Assembly (NCBI GenBank): GCA_965644295.1 | Contig: CBFFRP010000362.1 | Location: forward strand, 248,001 to 312,000 | Source of the DNA: Paraphysomonas bandaiensis | Taxonomy: Eukaryota; Protista; Chrysophyceae | Direction: 5' to 3' | DNA: 64,000 nucleotides | Shown here: positions 1 through 12,801 of the stretch, piece after piece | Position numbering within the stretch: position 1 is the stretch's first letter | Layout of the letters: every line of letters begins with the position of its first letter | Notes under the pieces: model-generated | Databases searched by the model: none | What the model was told of the DNA's origin: nothing | Seen by the model: the letters and a program-made list of their open reading frames with translations, nothing else | Program-made: the position numbers and the translations under genes

Positions 1-352
1 TTTCTGAATGTAGATTACAACAAGTTATCGTTTGAGGAGCAGATCAAGATCGATCTCCAAACCGACATAATGGTAATAGGGTATTGGGTGAGTGTTTTGA
101 TCTATGCTCATTCTAATGTTATAGATCGGTCCTCATGGAGCTGGACTAATGCACAATATATTCATGAGAGATCGAGCTGTACTCATTGAGTTGTCAGTGG
201 ATGGGTCAAGTGTAAACAGACACTTTCACAACCTTGCCCATTGGTTTGGGCGGACGTATTACGGCGTTCCATGTAGTAACCCTATCGATATTCCCCGTAT
301 TCTTGGGATAGTTAGGAATGCTATTGATAGTATAGATGTCGAGAAATATTGA
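1..352 (+). CDS. Glycosyltransferase family 61 (DUF563) protein, 3' end only
   Basis: Splicing intron 73-124 (GT..AG) gives FLNVDYNKLSFEEQIKIDLQTDIM|IGPHGAGLMHNIFMRDRAVLIEL, the typical GT61 'SF.EQ...D+++G.HGAGL.N++F' motif. Stop at 350-352. Confidence 0.85.
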
Positions 353-979
353 TGACAAATAATTGTTGTGATGTGAGTGTTTGATGTCACGCCAGTTTAT
401 CACACATTCGGCTTCAATATTAGGAAAATGAAGAATAGACCTGAGTGGCGATGGTGGCTGGCCAAGTGGAGTAGTAAATAACTATTGAATATTTAAGAGA
501 CAATATTGTCTGTTGCATCTCCTAAATATTAATATTCGTTTATTATTTATATGAGATCACTCCAGAAGTTGGACGACTGTTTACTACAGTTTATATTTTA
601 TATACATCCTTACTTATATAAGTGACCTGGAATAAGTGTTTTTCAACAGATGCAAACCTTAAATGAAGATTACAACTCACAATATAATTTATATTTATTC
701 TAGTTTAATTTATATTTCATTATAGCCTTGCCCATTTGCCAAATTGCATCGTAATTCTAAATTCTAATAGTTTCAATTCATTGTTTCCTAAATATTTTAG
801 TTTCTAATTTATTCACACGCATTATCCTGCTACGCATTTTCTTACATTGTAAGCACTAGGCTAGTATTTTATATATATTATGTTATATATTACTAGTATG
901 AAATACATAATACATATAAATCCTAAATATATACAAAATATTTGTCACTAAGAAAGAGAATAAGAATACATATATGCGA

Positions 980-2584
980 CTATATGTCTGGAAAAGTATG
1001 CGCGGACACTAAATAGTCAATAAGGTTGAATAACCCTATCGCAGCTGCACATTTTGAAGCCTTCCTAAATCCGTCACCATATACAGGAGAAGGGTCAGTT
1101 TCTATCTGGTATTTAAAGTATCGCCGTAGTTTTTGCTCCCAAGTATGGGGGTCATCCGAAGCGATTCCAGCTGTAGAATTTAATTGTAGGCTATCTAAAT
1201 ACTTGTGGGCAACAAGTTGACACATCCCTTCCTCCACTTGTAGTGGTAAATCTAAAACAGGGGCACCTCTACCACCGGGTGACTCCTCTCTCAGTTTGAA
1301 CCAAACGTGCATGGCTTCGTGTGCAAGTATAGAAGCGGTGAGATCTCTTGGAAGACCACAGAGCACGAGCACAGCTGTTACTGAGCAAGTGCGCGATAAG
1401 GACATAGTGTCAAACGAGCCTTGTGATGGTCTTGACATCCAACCCCAATTACCGGGCTGTACATAGCGTACTTGACTAATGGTGGTAAGTGTCAACCCTC
1501 TCGTCAATGCACTGCTATATCCCCCATCATTGGACGACAATTTCCCATGCTGGGGTGTGGGGTGTGCTCCAGGGCAACTACGTTGATTGAGCTTGTATTG
1601 CTCGTTCAGCGAAGGTAGGTCTACAGACAACACAGGTACCTCCTTCATTTGTTTGGGTATCGGCAAGCCAAGATCTCTTTCCATGAATCCCAAAACTTCG
1701 TCATATAGGGGTCTAGCTTCTGATGAGTCAAGTACTAGCAGATTAGTGCACTGCCAACAGACTAACCTGCCGTCCGGTAAGGTAGGAAATGGTTCGCCGT
1801 AAGACGCCAATGGCTGTATCATATTACATGAGAAACAGTTCTGAGTTGCCCCCATATGAGTAACACAATACTTTTGATCACCATGAAAGAAACCATGTGT
1901 CAAATACTGTTTATTGACTAAACTATCACCACATAGATCACACTTTACACCAAATAATTCAGAGTGACATTCCACATGATAGTACTGTTCAGAATTCTGA
2001 TCCGGTCGAATATGGGAACTACTAATAGGATTGTGACACCCTGCACAACGGAAACACTGGCCATGGTATAGTTTATCTCCAATGCGCAAATAACGCCCAA
2101 TTATGCGACCGCCACACTCAAAACAAGAATTTTCATTGGTTTGAGTGGGTTTGTTGCCGCCGAATAACACTGCCAAAGGGTTCCAGCTCATTTTTTTGTC
2201 TTTTTTAGTTTGGGATGGTCTGCTTCTTCTCTCAGTGCGACTATATGGGTGACTACTAGAGGCAGTATTAGGGGCTGTGTGAGGGTCACTAGAGGGGTGA
2301 CTACTAGGGGCTGTGTCAGGGGCTGCGTGACGGGCACATGCATCCTCCTCCTCCTGAAGCACACGAGCCAGAGCTGCATCATCTTCTGTATACCCCCCTC
2401 TATCTCCCCCTCTATCTGTCTTCTGTTCTCTCTGTCTGTCTCTGTCTCTGTGTGTATGAGGGGGGAGCAGAGGAAGAGATGTGAAGAACGCATGCTCCTG
2501 TGAGTCCACACCACCCGCCGTCCTTACCTCATCCGCATGCTCTAAGGACAACGCGATAGCTAAATCCAAGTCTTCGTCTGCCAT
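980..2584 (-). CDS. DA1-like ubiquitin-activated peptidase (UIM + LIM + zincin domain)
   Basis: Likely start MADEDLDLAIALSLE (UIM); second UIM-like EDDAALARVLQEEE; LIM domain (CFECGG..H..CFRCAGC..H..CH); Cys-rich LIM-like region; ASILAHEAMHVW (HExxH), QVEEGMCQ and SPVYGDGFR as in DA1. No introns seen. Confidence 0.9.
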   Translation of the reverse strand: MADEDLDLAIALSLEHADEVRTAGGVDSQEHAFFTSLPLLPPHTHRDRDRQREQKTDRGGDRGGYTEDDAALARVLQEEEDACARHAAPDTAPSSHPSSDPHTAPNTASSSHPYSRTERRSRPSQTKKDKKMSWNPLAVLFGGNKPTQTNENSCFECGGRIIGRYLRIGDKLYHGQCFRCAGCHNPISSSHIRPDQNSEQYYHVECHSELFGVKCDLCGDSLVNKQYLTHGFFHGDQKYCVTHMGATQNCFSCNMIQPLASYGEPFPTLPDGRLVCWQCTNLLVLDSSEARPLYDEVLGFMERDLGLPIPKQMKEVPVLSVDLPSLNEQYKLNQRSCPGAHPTPQHGKLSSNDGGYSSALTRGLTLTTISQVRYVQPGNWGWMSRPSQGSFDTMSLSRTCSVTAVLVLCGLPRDLTASILAHEAMHVWFKLREESPGGRGAPVLDLPLQVEEGMCQLVAHKYLDSLQLNSTAGIASDDPHTWEQKLRRYFKYQIETDPSPVYGDGFRKASKCAAAIGLFNLIDYLVSAHTFPDI

Positions 2585-2785
2585 ATGTATGCTATGTGAC
2601 TTATATGTCAACCTGCAGAGATATGCATATGCATGTATATGTATATGTATGTATGTATATGTATAGTTGTATGTGCTGGTGCTGTATATGGGCATATGTG
2701 TACAGATCCAGTCATAGGACGCGATAGGATAATACAGACACCGTATTTGATTGGCTAATTCTCCTTCCATGGGCCAATGAGCGTT

Positions 2786-2978
2786 CACAGATACAGAGGG
2801 CATGATAGGTATGAGTCACAGATACAGAGGGCGGAGTATGTGCATGATAGGTATGAGTCACAGATACAGAGGGCGGAGTATGTGCATGATAGGTATGAGT
2901 CACAGATACAGAGGGCGGAGTATGTGCATGATAGGTATGAGTCACTGATACAGAGGGCAGAGTATGTGCATGATAGGT
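2786..2978. repeat. 42-bp minisatellite, about 4.5 copies, upstream of the DA1-like gene
   Basis: Unit CATGATAGGTATGAGTCACAGATACAGAGGGCGGAGTATGTG repeated head-to-tail with few substitutions and no spacers. Confidence 0.92.
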
Positions 2979-4088
2979 CCTCTTGAGTGAGCGAGGGATG
3001 GATGCTACTCCATGGTAGTATGATTCCATTGCAACTAGCAAATGATCAGGAGTTTGCAATTGCAAATAGAGAATGATACCTGCTCTTGGTGCCTCCTACT
3101 GATGAATCTATGGATCTTATAAGTACTGCACCGGCTAAGTCGTTTGTTATGCAATTCGATCAATTACTAGAATTCTTCTCGTCGAAACTGAAGCGATATT
3201 AGTGTCAAAGTAATGTATACGTCGTATATAGTCCTCTATATATACTACACCGCTCAAATTTAGTGGAACATTCAGCTGATTCGATACCAATTACGTTATA
3301 TACACAAAACTGGATCACTGACATATCACTGTTAAGGTCATCTCAATGAGTGATAGCTAGCTTTTTCTCTTCACCATTTTCATTCCCTACACGCGTCAGA
3401 ACAGGTATACAAGTAAGATACATATGGTGTCACGTGAGAGAGAATATGAGTGACTCGTACGGTTTCGGCACAAAAATGATGAAAAACAAGGTTGGACTTA
3501 TTTTATATCATGATCAGAAAAGTTGAGCTTTATAAGTCGAAAATAATATTAGTAAAACGCTTTGAAACAAATCATATAATTCTGCTAGAGATTAAAACTC
3601 CCCCGACCGCATGAGTGCATAATTTCTGAATAACTTTATGACGACGATAACCTAATTAGTAGAAATTACTGGTACTATAAAATTTAGATAATCTCAAAAG
3701 ATTGTAGCATATTCTTTATCATTATGATAACTTTCGTTTCATACACAGAAGTGGTGTACTAGTCTCAAAAGTCTCAACCCCTGAGTATCACGCATTGAAC
3801 TTCCATATAGTTTGCAACCTGATACATTCTTACAGTCATATATCCTTATATAACTTCTTCCAGTAGAAATATACCAAGCTATTTTACAAACAGAAAAAGG
3901 AAACCCAATACTTTGGCAAGTTACATATGATTTCAGAACGGGTAACACTTACAGTCATAGCAGCTTTTTGGTAAGATGCAACATTTTCCATACATACCCT
4001 ATTTATTAATTAATCACAATAAGAAATACAGCATATGCACAACAAGGATTCTAGGTAAATGGAGAATGTCACAATGACCAGCGCGGTA

Positions 4089-4998
4089 TTAGTGCGAATT
4101 TCCTGAATAAACCGCCCTGACATCCTTAAGAGTGCAATCCACCCCGTAATATCCATTGAAGCAGTTGCAGGTACCTGTGGTGTAGTCACACACACCCCGA
4201 TTTGCACAGTCAACATGACAAAGGTTTCCAGCCTTTCCCAATTCCGATCCACCGACAGTATTGAATCCCTCACAGTCAGTCTCGTCGCCATCATCTGTGA
4301 AAGGGTCGTCGGCCGAGGGGCAACGCCGCAGAGAACAGTCCGCTCCAAACCACTCGCCCTTCTGCCGCTGCCCACTCTCTAGTCCAACAGGCCACGAGGA
4401 GTCACACACGCATCCATAAAGCTTGTCCTCGTCCCACGTTGTTGAGTCCTATAGCACAATATCACAATCCAAAGAATCAACAGCGAAAGACAAACCTCAT
4501 TTCCCTCGTAGAAAGTATTGTTATTCAATGGCTGCGCGTTGCTCATCGTCGCCATTTGCTTCATACTAAAGCATTGACCGTGACCTGCACCGCATTAATA
4601 CTTCATTGTTAAGGCATTTGTTATTAGGTACCACTACAATCGTTGGGACACTTGTTTTTCTGGCAGGCATCTCCTGTGAACCCAGGAAAACACTCACATT
4701 TCCCAGTTTTTCTATTGCAAGTTCCCATATTCGAGCACTCCGCGTATGCATGAGCAATTTCACCTGCCGTTGGGACATCGGCCCATGCTCTGCCTGAGGG
4801 ACATGTCAATGCCGAGCAATCGGGGGCCCGATAGAGTGTAATATCGGTGGCGGCACCATATCCCTCATAACATGAGCATGTACTTGTGGCACCATCACAC
4901 ACACCATGTCCATTGCAATAATTGAGAAGAGCACAATCTGTGGCAGATGCTATAGATGAGAGCCACAACACTCCAAGAATACTCCTGATAACAATCAT
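4089..4998 (-). CDS. Secreted EGF-repeat protein of the Sig1/Ocm1 (tubular mastigoneme) type, 3 exons
   Basis: Signal peptide MIVIRSILGVLWLSSIASA; CNGHGVC, CPSGRAWAD, AECSNMGTCNRKTGKCECFPGFTGDACQ, CPNDCSG|HGQC, TWDEDKLYGCVCD and DCSLRRCP motifs; two short GT-AG introns. Confidence 0.75.
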
Positions 4999-5582
4999 AT
5001 CGTAACAAATCGCTTTAATATGAAACAAGAGTAACTATGAGAACGCAACAAACTCTGATATTAACACTATGTGCAAGATATTCACAGTGCTGTTAGTCAG
5101 GTTAGCTATACTATCAGCCCTTTGTGTTGATCTATAGCTTGCTATCAGCTTAGAGTATACAGACGGAGGAGTGCCATATATGACATATGTAACGTAATTC
5201 ATGATACATACATACATACATACATACATATACATACACAAGCACTCATCATATCACTGTAGCCCGTACATATATATACACGGCGGATTGCTGCGGATGC
5301 TGCTGGTGAGGATGATCCCACAGTCCTGTATATGTGCTGTATTCTCTGTGTTCTTGGTTGATGTTGAGTCTTCAACAATGAAATACATGACCTGTATACA
5401 GTGCACCTACAGGAGTGTAGTGTATAGTGTATGTGCGGGTATATGTATGCATAAGCATCTAAGTACTGTATGTGCGTGTATGTATATACAGGCTGCGTGT
5501 ATCAAGAGGTGATCATCATATTCTCGAACACCTCTCATACCCTCCCATCACCTCAAAACACACGCACCTCACTCCAACAGAT

Positions 5583-6998
5583 ATGTCTTTGAAGTATCTC
5601 AGTGGATTTGGCAATGAGTTTGCAACAGAGGCTATACCTGGATCCCTTCCAGTGGGTCAAAACAACCCTCAGAAGTGTGCTCATGGGCTCTTCGCTGAGC
5701 AGCTATCAGGCACTGCTTTTACCACCCCTAGAGTGAAGAACGAGAGGACATGGTTTTACAGAATAAGACCATCTGTTGTTCATGGTAAATTTGTTCCATT
5801 GCCGCATGCAGGATTCTCTGATCCCTCCACCTTTGTGGCTGATCCGAATCAGCACAGATGGATGCCATCGCCATATCCTGAATCAGCTGATGTTGATTTT
5901 ATTGATGGATTTACAACAATGTGTGGATCTGGTGATCCATGTGCGAAATCTGGCCTTACGATATACTTGTATACTGCTACAAAGTCGATGCAAAACAGGG
6001 CCATGTACAACGCAGATGGAGACTTCCTGATAGTACCTCAAGAGGGAGCATTACGCATAAAGACGGAAATGGGAATAATAGAAGTTGAGCCTTCGGAAAT
6101 TGTGGTCATTCAGAGAGGTATTAAATTTTCTGTGGATGTCACTGGTCCCTCCAGGGGATACGTTCTGGAGGTGTACTCTGGACATTTCACCCTCCCTGAT
6201 CTTGGACCCATTGGAGCCAATGGGCTCGCTAATGCACGAGATTTCTTGACCCCAGTTGCCGCCTTTGAAGATGTGGAAGAGCCATACTCTCTCATTAACA
6301 AGTTTGCTGGGCAGCTCTTTGTTGCACCTCTGGAACACTCTCCCTTTGATGTGGTTGCCTGGCATGGAAATTACGCACCCTACAAGTATGATTTGAAGCG
6401 GTTCTGCTGCATGAACTCCGTTACATTTGATCACCCGGTACGCTTATCTAGATTTTTAGTTCTTCTTGTGTGATGTAATGATGACTATCATGATGCAGGA
6501 TCCCTCCATTTACACGGTGTTGACTTGTCCATCCAATGAACCAGGGACTGCTGTAGCCGATTTTGTTATTTTCCCACCACGCTGGATGGTTATGGAGCAC
6601 ACATTCCGACCACCCTACTTTGTAAGTTTATAATAACCTTAAATCTGTTTGTCAGTGACACATGAGCGCATATGCAGCACCGCAACACTATGTCGGAGTA
6701 TATGGGTATGATACACGGTGTGTATGACAACAAAGCCAAAGGATTTGAGCCCGGAGGATCTTCTCTACACCTCACTATGACTCCTCATGGGCCTGATTTG
6801 GAGACTTTTATCAAAGCATCAGACGATTCTAAGGAACAACAGCCTACTTTCTTTGGAGCAGGGCTGGCGTTCATGTTCGAGACTTGCTATGTCCTGAAGG
6901 TTGCACCGTCAGCACTCCGCAGCCCCACCAAAGACAACGAGTACTCGAACTGCTGGCAAGGCATGCCGAAGCTCTTCCAGGATCCTGGGTCCTCCTAA
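5583..6998 (+). CDS. HGD: Homogentisate 1,2-dioxygenase, 3 exons
   Basis: [43 protein letters not shown]|[17 protein letters not shown]|[17 protein letters not shown]. Introns 6438-6498 and 6622-6677. Confidence 0.97.
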
Positions 6999-7836
6999 AA
7001 TACAGGTTTGCACTATCATGGTATCGAATCGTAATGGTAAGAGTGTGTTTGAGCGGTGACGCGCACGCAAGGCTTGTTGCGACTCTTCAAATCATACGTT
7101 TTGTTACATTACTGAAATGTGGTACCTTAATAATAACTGATCCGAAATAACTGACAGGAGGAAGCACATGTTTATGACCTAGAAACTATACATATCAGAA
7201 AAATTACTTTAAAAGCTTCAAATAAAAATACCGCGTCTAGTATATGTCGTGAATTCATACTACCGTGTACATACAACAAGTACATAGCGATGTTATTCGT
7301 AACAAGCCAACATGCTATTTGCGATGTTTTCATTGTGATAATTCGGAATTGTATCACACATAACTCATCAATGACCAACTAAAAATATATGTATGAAATT
7401 ACAGGGTAATTAACCCTGGTTCATGAATCCGAAAGGAGTGCCTACAGCGCTGATTTAATCTTCACGAAATAGGTCCAAGAAATCTGACGGTAGTTTGATT
7501 TCAAACATACAATACGCACTATGTACTACGTACAAGCATACACAAAAAGGATATCATAGATGATTGCATATAATACTGTTGTATGTCTTAGAGTTGTAAA
7601 ATGTTGTAACAGTGGGTCCAATTAAGAAGTTTAGCTGGATGGAAGATAAAAGAAAAGAGTGTGTAACTAAACAAGAAAGTTCAGATGAAGTAGCCAGAAG
7701 CTAATGTTGTATTTAATTTTTACGAGCCTACATTCACTACAGAAAGTAATAATCGAGTATGTCTATTAGAATATGCCCATAAAATACGAGTGTGAGACTC
7801 AATCAGAGATGCCCGGCTCAGAGAATACGATACGTA

Positions 7837-8556
7837 TTATGTGACCAATTCGTCAAATAAATCTTCATTAGATATTGGGTGTGTGAGTTCTACCCAACCC
7901 CTTTTGTCTATTAGCTTAATATAGGTCTTACCGCTACCATCGCTTGGCTTCCATGTCTCAGAAATATCAATTTCTTCTCCCGGAAATATCACGTGGCTAG
8001 TTTTTTGGCAGTTTTCGTGTGGGCCTGATAAAATTCCTATGGGCGTTGGCTGATTCACTTTGTACATATACGACTTATGCGCTTCTATTATCTCGCCTGG
8101 AATATAATCTAGCATCTGCTTATCCAACGATGGATGCGTAACAAAGAGCCAACCAGCTGATCCACCAACAGCACGAACAAATTTGGTTCCGTCGATAACG
8201 ATCTCCTGTACAGTTTCTATTACTTCACCAGGAAAATATGCATCGCCAGTACGAGGCGAATTCTTGTGTGGATATCGTCTTACTCCAACAGGCTTGTCAA
8301 GAGTTTCGGGAACTTGATAAAAGGCTCGAACTTTGAGCCCCAAATTAAGAATTCTTGACTCCACATCAGCACTGGACAGACCGGACATAACATCAACCTG
8401 ACTGACCTCCATAAACTCATCTCTGTTTATACCATCAGCATCATCGGCAACACACGATGTCAATGAGAAGGAAAGATCATCTCCCAGGTCAGAGAACTGC
8501 ACGACCTCTTGAGTCTCGTCCCCCTCATCGGATATACAGGACATAGTCTCTCCCAT
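7837..8556 (-). CDS. Hypothetical protein with acidic N-terminus and two tandem SH3-like repeats
   Basis: Uninterrupted ORF with two related units (VGVRRYP..FPGEVI..FVR..GWL..HP and IGILSGP..FPGEEI..YIK..GWV..HP). Start ATG uncertain. Confidence 0.6.
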   Translation of the reverse strand: MGETMSCISDEGDETQEVVQFSDLGDDLSFSLTSCVADDADGINRDEFMEVSQVDVMSGLSSADVESRILNLGLKVRAFYQVPETLDKPVGVRRYPHKNSPRTGDAYFPGEVIETVQEIVIDGTKFVRAVGGSAGWLFVTHPSLDKQMLDYIPGEIIEAHKSYMYKVNQPTPIGILSGPHENCQKTSHVIFPGEEIDISETWKPSDGSGKTYIKLIDKRGWVELTHPISNEDLFDELVT

Positions 8557-10320
8557 TGCTACACACGCCACTAATGGCTACCAGATGCAATCATGGGAAG
8601 AAAAGGATATGCGTATAGCAAGATAGGGCTATAGGTATGGTATGGTAATATGATACAGTGCAAGTAGCTCTCTCTATATGCACTGCATACACAGAGATAT
8701 GCGCTGAGATGGTGCGGTATGCAGGACTACACTGTACCGTATAACATCGTATGCAAAGAGCTACACTACATTTCATACAATAGAGAGAGAAAGCCTGGAA
8801 TTCTATGACGTATATGAAAATTTTAGCTTGAAGGGAACATCGTTTTTTTATATGAGGGGTCACACATTGCATACACCATCCTACAAGAATAGTGGCATTT
8901 GGTTCAATGAAAATTAGGGTTATTTTTAAGCTTTTTCTAGAAATAATGAATTTTTATATCATACCAAAAACAGTATAAAGTTGACGAGAAATCTTTATAT
9001 GGATATCTGGATATCTTCCGGATGTTTGGTACGATGCTGAACTTAATCTATAATTGTATTCATTAGCCGAGGAGATGACAGCTGACACAGAGGATATGTT
9101 GGAGAGAACACAGTCACAAAGAGGTGTTCTGAAATCACACAAATGCCGAGAATATGCAGATCTTGACTGCGATCTTACCATCCAATGAGCTCAATCCTTA
9201 GTATTCACCTCCTCACCGAAGGAAGACTGCTTGTGTAACATGATGACCCCGGTTATTTCTCCCGTGTGGACTGAGGCCACATTATTGGACCAAAACTTAG
9301 AGTGAATTGCAAAATATGGTGACGTCTGGAAACAGATGTTAAACATGTGGGGGACATCTGATGTACATTGTCAGAGTGAAGCAGTATCTGACCAAGTGTT
9401 ATCACAATAAGCGAGCTACTGATTTTGAGTCAAAACATGTTACTGTGACTATATACTATATTGCTATTGAAGTATTCGAGATAAATGAAGAGCAAAATAC
9501 TGAAGTTGTTCACAGTTTCGTACTTCACTAAAGCAAACTGGTAAACAAAATCGACAGAAGTACTATTGCTGATGAATATGGTATTTGATAGGCATGCAAC
9601 GGGAAGTGTGTATTATTGGTTGTGCTCATATTCAAATTAGGGGAACATGTGAATACAACAGCTATTTCGGATGAATATCAAAAAAAACGAAGGGAGGGGG
9701 ACAAGGGCAAGCCTTTTTCTACCCCCAACCCCTGCAAGGGGCTTCTTCTCTTCGAGTGTTTCCAATTACAACCTTCGGTTGTAATTCCTTCTCTTTGTGA
9801 GTTTAACTTATAACTTATTATTAATAAGTTATAATTACTTTATATATTATTTATATTCTTAAATAAAATTAATTACTTTATATATTATTTATATTGTTAT
9901 AATAAAAAGTAATATAGATAGTAAAGTAGATTTAATAAGTAGATTTAATAGTAGATATAGGGGGAGGGAAAAATTAAAATGAAAAATAATTTAAATTTGT
10001 AAAGGTTATAAAACCCCGGGATTCTACCATTAAAACTACTTATTAAATCTACTTTGTTATCTATATGACTTTTTTATAATAATGTATAATAGGTCTCAAT
10101 GAAATAACTCAAATCCAGTCCCAAGTCCCCCGGAAGAAACTGACAAATCCACAGACCTGCGTAAGAATCCACCAAGACACCAAGACACCACTCAACACAC
10201 TGACACAAGACACCCCTGCACAACGCACACAAGCAAGGCACACAGACAGGTCTATCTAAATGATGTGTATCAAGAATTAATCACAAGAATTCTTGTGCGA
10301 GCAAATAAGTAAATATTTAC

Positions 10321-11337
10321 TGTGACGTAACCCGGTTTGATAACCAGAATCACGGCTCGCAGTACAGGTATAGCACACAAACACGCAAGTGTGAAAACAA
10401 TGTATAATTAATTATGTTTTGACTGCTCTAGGAAAAACCTAATGCTCAGTAAATGATACCCGCCAAGTATCACCACGCAAGGAACACCGCCAGTGCAACA
10501 AGATCGTTGGCACCAAGCACTTCGGTTAAGCCTAAACAAGTGCATAACACCATAGCATACATGTTACACCCACTCCTACTCCTCAACAACATCACAACAC
10601 CCTGCAACGTCATCACTACCCACAGAAACGTGTTTATTCTATAAACTGAATACACACAGCAACCTAGGAGCAACGTATAACCGCATACTAATAGTACACT
10701 ACATCCTACGTTTTACTTTCTACCTAAATTCCCTTACAAAAACAGTATACCGCCACTTTGGTGTATTTTAGCATTCAAGAACCCAATATCCCTAATATCC
10801 AGGTTATGCGTAAATACAACCTTGCATACCAGGTATTACATATCACAATTGATTCCCCACTGAGTCTGGTATGAACACTCGTACACCTCGAGTATATAAT
10901 ATCCATTCTCCGTTGATGTGATATGTACTTGCCCCCCTATAGGGTAGTATGAGTAATGCCAGTACGTATTCCTATGGAAGTATACACTGCAACTGCTACA
11001 CTGGAATACTGACCCACATAACTTTATTATAAATTTGTGGCAGGTTTCACATTGCGTGAAGTCACCATCAGCAGATCATAGTGTACATCATCATCGGCAG
11101 ATAAAGTGGACATCACACCTGAACGTTGATTCCGTGTGTAAGTACATCATAGCTCGTTACCCCATCTTAATGAGTATAACATAGAATATGCATCCTAGAC
11201 ATGGTATAGGGTCCTGATGATATAATGTTCTTGATATAGGGTCCTAAGCTAATATCACAGGGTCCTGAATGGGCAATGCATGCAGTTCTGGTACTATAGC
11301 CACGTAGATAGGGCATAGGAAATGCCACGTGGTCACA
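10321..11337. mobile_element. Solo-LTR-like element A (TGTGAC...GTCACA, about 1.0 kb)
   Basis: Inverted termini TGTGAC/GTCACA. Both ends resemble element B (GGTTTGATAACCA..GGCTCG near the 5' end; CTATAGCCACGTA..TAGGGCA..ATGCCACGTGGTCACA at the 3' end). Flanks TTAC/GAGC differ, so no TSD. Confidence 0.7.
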
Positions 11338-11638
11338 GAGCCTGAGTCGTACGAAGAGTCTCTTCAGTGTAGTGATGCAGACAAATGGAAGGAGGCGGGC
11401 AGATTAGAACGGAATGCACTTTTTCAGCGTGAAGTGTTTGAAGTAGCAGAAACTCCGCCTGATGCACGACCTCTTAAATCTCGTTACGTATATAAGCGAA
11501 AGTACAATAAGGATGGCTCCATCAAGAAGCATAAAGCACGACTTGTAGCACTTGGGTACGGTCAACAATCTGGCGTCGATGTGGACAACACATTTGCCCC
11601 TGTAGTCAAGAGTATCTCTGTTCGGTTGATTCTGGCGT

Positions 11639-12801
11639 TATGACGCAGCCTCGTTGACAACTCAGCTGTCACCTCACAGTTTGGTTTGATAACCAAGACT
11701 ATGGCTCGTGGTAACGCTAAAACTACTATCACTGTGTAGGAATCAAGAAAATGAGACCAAAGAAGTGATATTATTGCAGGTAACTTTTGTTTTAATCAAC
11801 TATACTCGAGTGACTGACTCCCGCGAAGAATCAGCACGCAAACACCACCGCTAGTGATGTCAGGTCGCTAGTACCCCAGTATGGTTAACATAAACAAAAC
11901 TGTGTCCCAACAGAAACATAAAGTATGAAGACAACCGTAGAGCTGCACACACACAACGTCATCCATGTCACACTGTGTTGCAACACACAACCACAACGCA
12001 GGCTGTGTCATACAAGCAGTATAACAATATACAGTCATGTCAACGACTCTATCAAATACGGTTGTACAACACTGTATAATGTATATCGTGTTGCATTCCT
12101 CATAACTACAATGGTACTTGGAAAATACTAGCTAACGTACACTTTCATATGTAAGACAACACACGCCAGATATTTAAACATGCAACAGAGGAGCCATATA
12201 AGCTCATGATAAGTAGGAACTTCTCGTTACTTTGCTTTCAGCATGCGAGTCCAGTACCATAGGTGCAAGGAGCTTCACTAACGAGCGACAAACGGTGTAC
12301 TGTGGACCCTGTTGTGCATTGTGCTCCATTGAGTACATATTAGCCTTATGAAGGCCATCAAGTGGTACACGTATACCCACAAATGGAGGTAATATAGTCT
12401 CTTGATGCACTTTCTACCCGTGACCAGTGTATGCAGGGTCTGTGCAATACTTCCGATGAGGGTGTAAGGGTCTGCATGGCCTGTCTCTGACATACTGGTC
12501 GCTGAGGCTGGGTTGCCACGCTAGGAGTCCTATTCTATGCTGAAGAGCTGCAGTCCGAGTACTGGTTCAGGTATGTGAGAAGCTTGAGGCTTTAGTCATC
12601 GTGGAACGAGTTCTTTACTTCTGTGTTTTGCTATGAATAATAATAATATGAGTGATTATTTGTTGTCTGCTGATGAATGCGTTATTAATAGTTAGTCGCG
12701 CTCTCTGCGCTTCCAAGCACAACATTGTAGTCTTGAAGTATCACTTGTAGTAACGCACTATAGCCACGTAAGTAGGGCACGCGAGATGCCACGTGGTCAC
12801 A
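11639..12801. mobile_element. Solo-LTR-like element B (1163 bp) inserted in the copia RT with 4-bp TSD GCGT
   Basis: GCGT at 11635-11638 and 12802-12805; termini TATGAC...GTCACA. Removing the insert plus one TSD restores the frame RLILAL|ALVFSMFVHQLDVSSAF. Confidence 0.88.

Noticed and set aside
2585-2803. N-terminal extension of the 607-aa ORF
   Set aside because: It translates a TATG/TACA low-complexity tract (YTYTYIHIHIH). The UIM-bearing Met at 2584 is the more plausible start.
2786-2978. 42-bp repeats as a CRISPR array or coding repeat (ORFs 2712-3065 and 2777-2986)
   Set aside because: Units are contiguous with no unique spacers, there are no cas genes, and the context is eukaryotic. 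The ORFs are by-products of the repeat.
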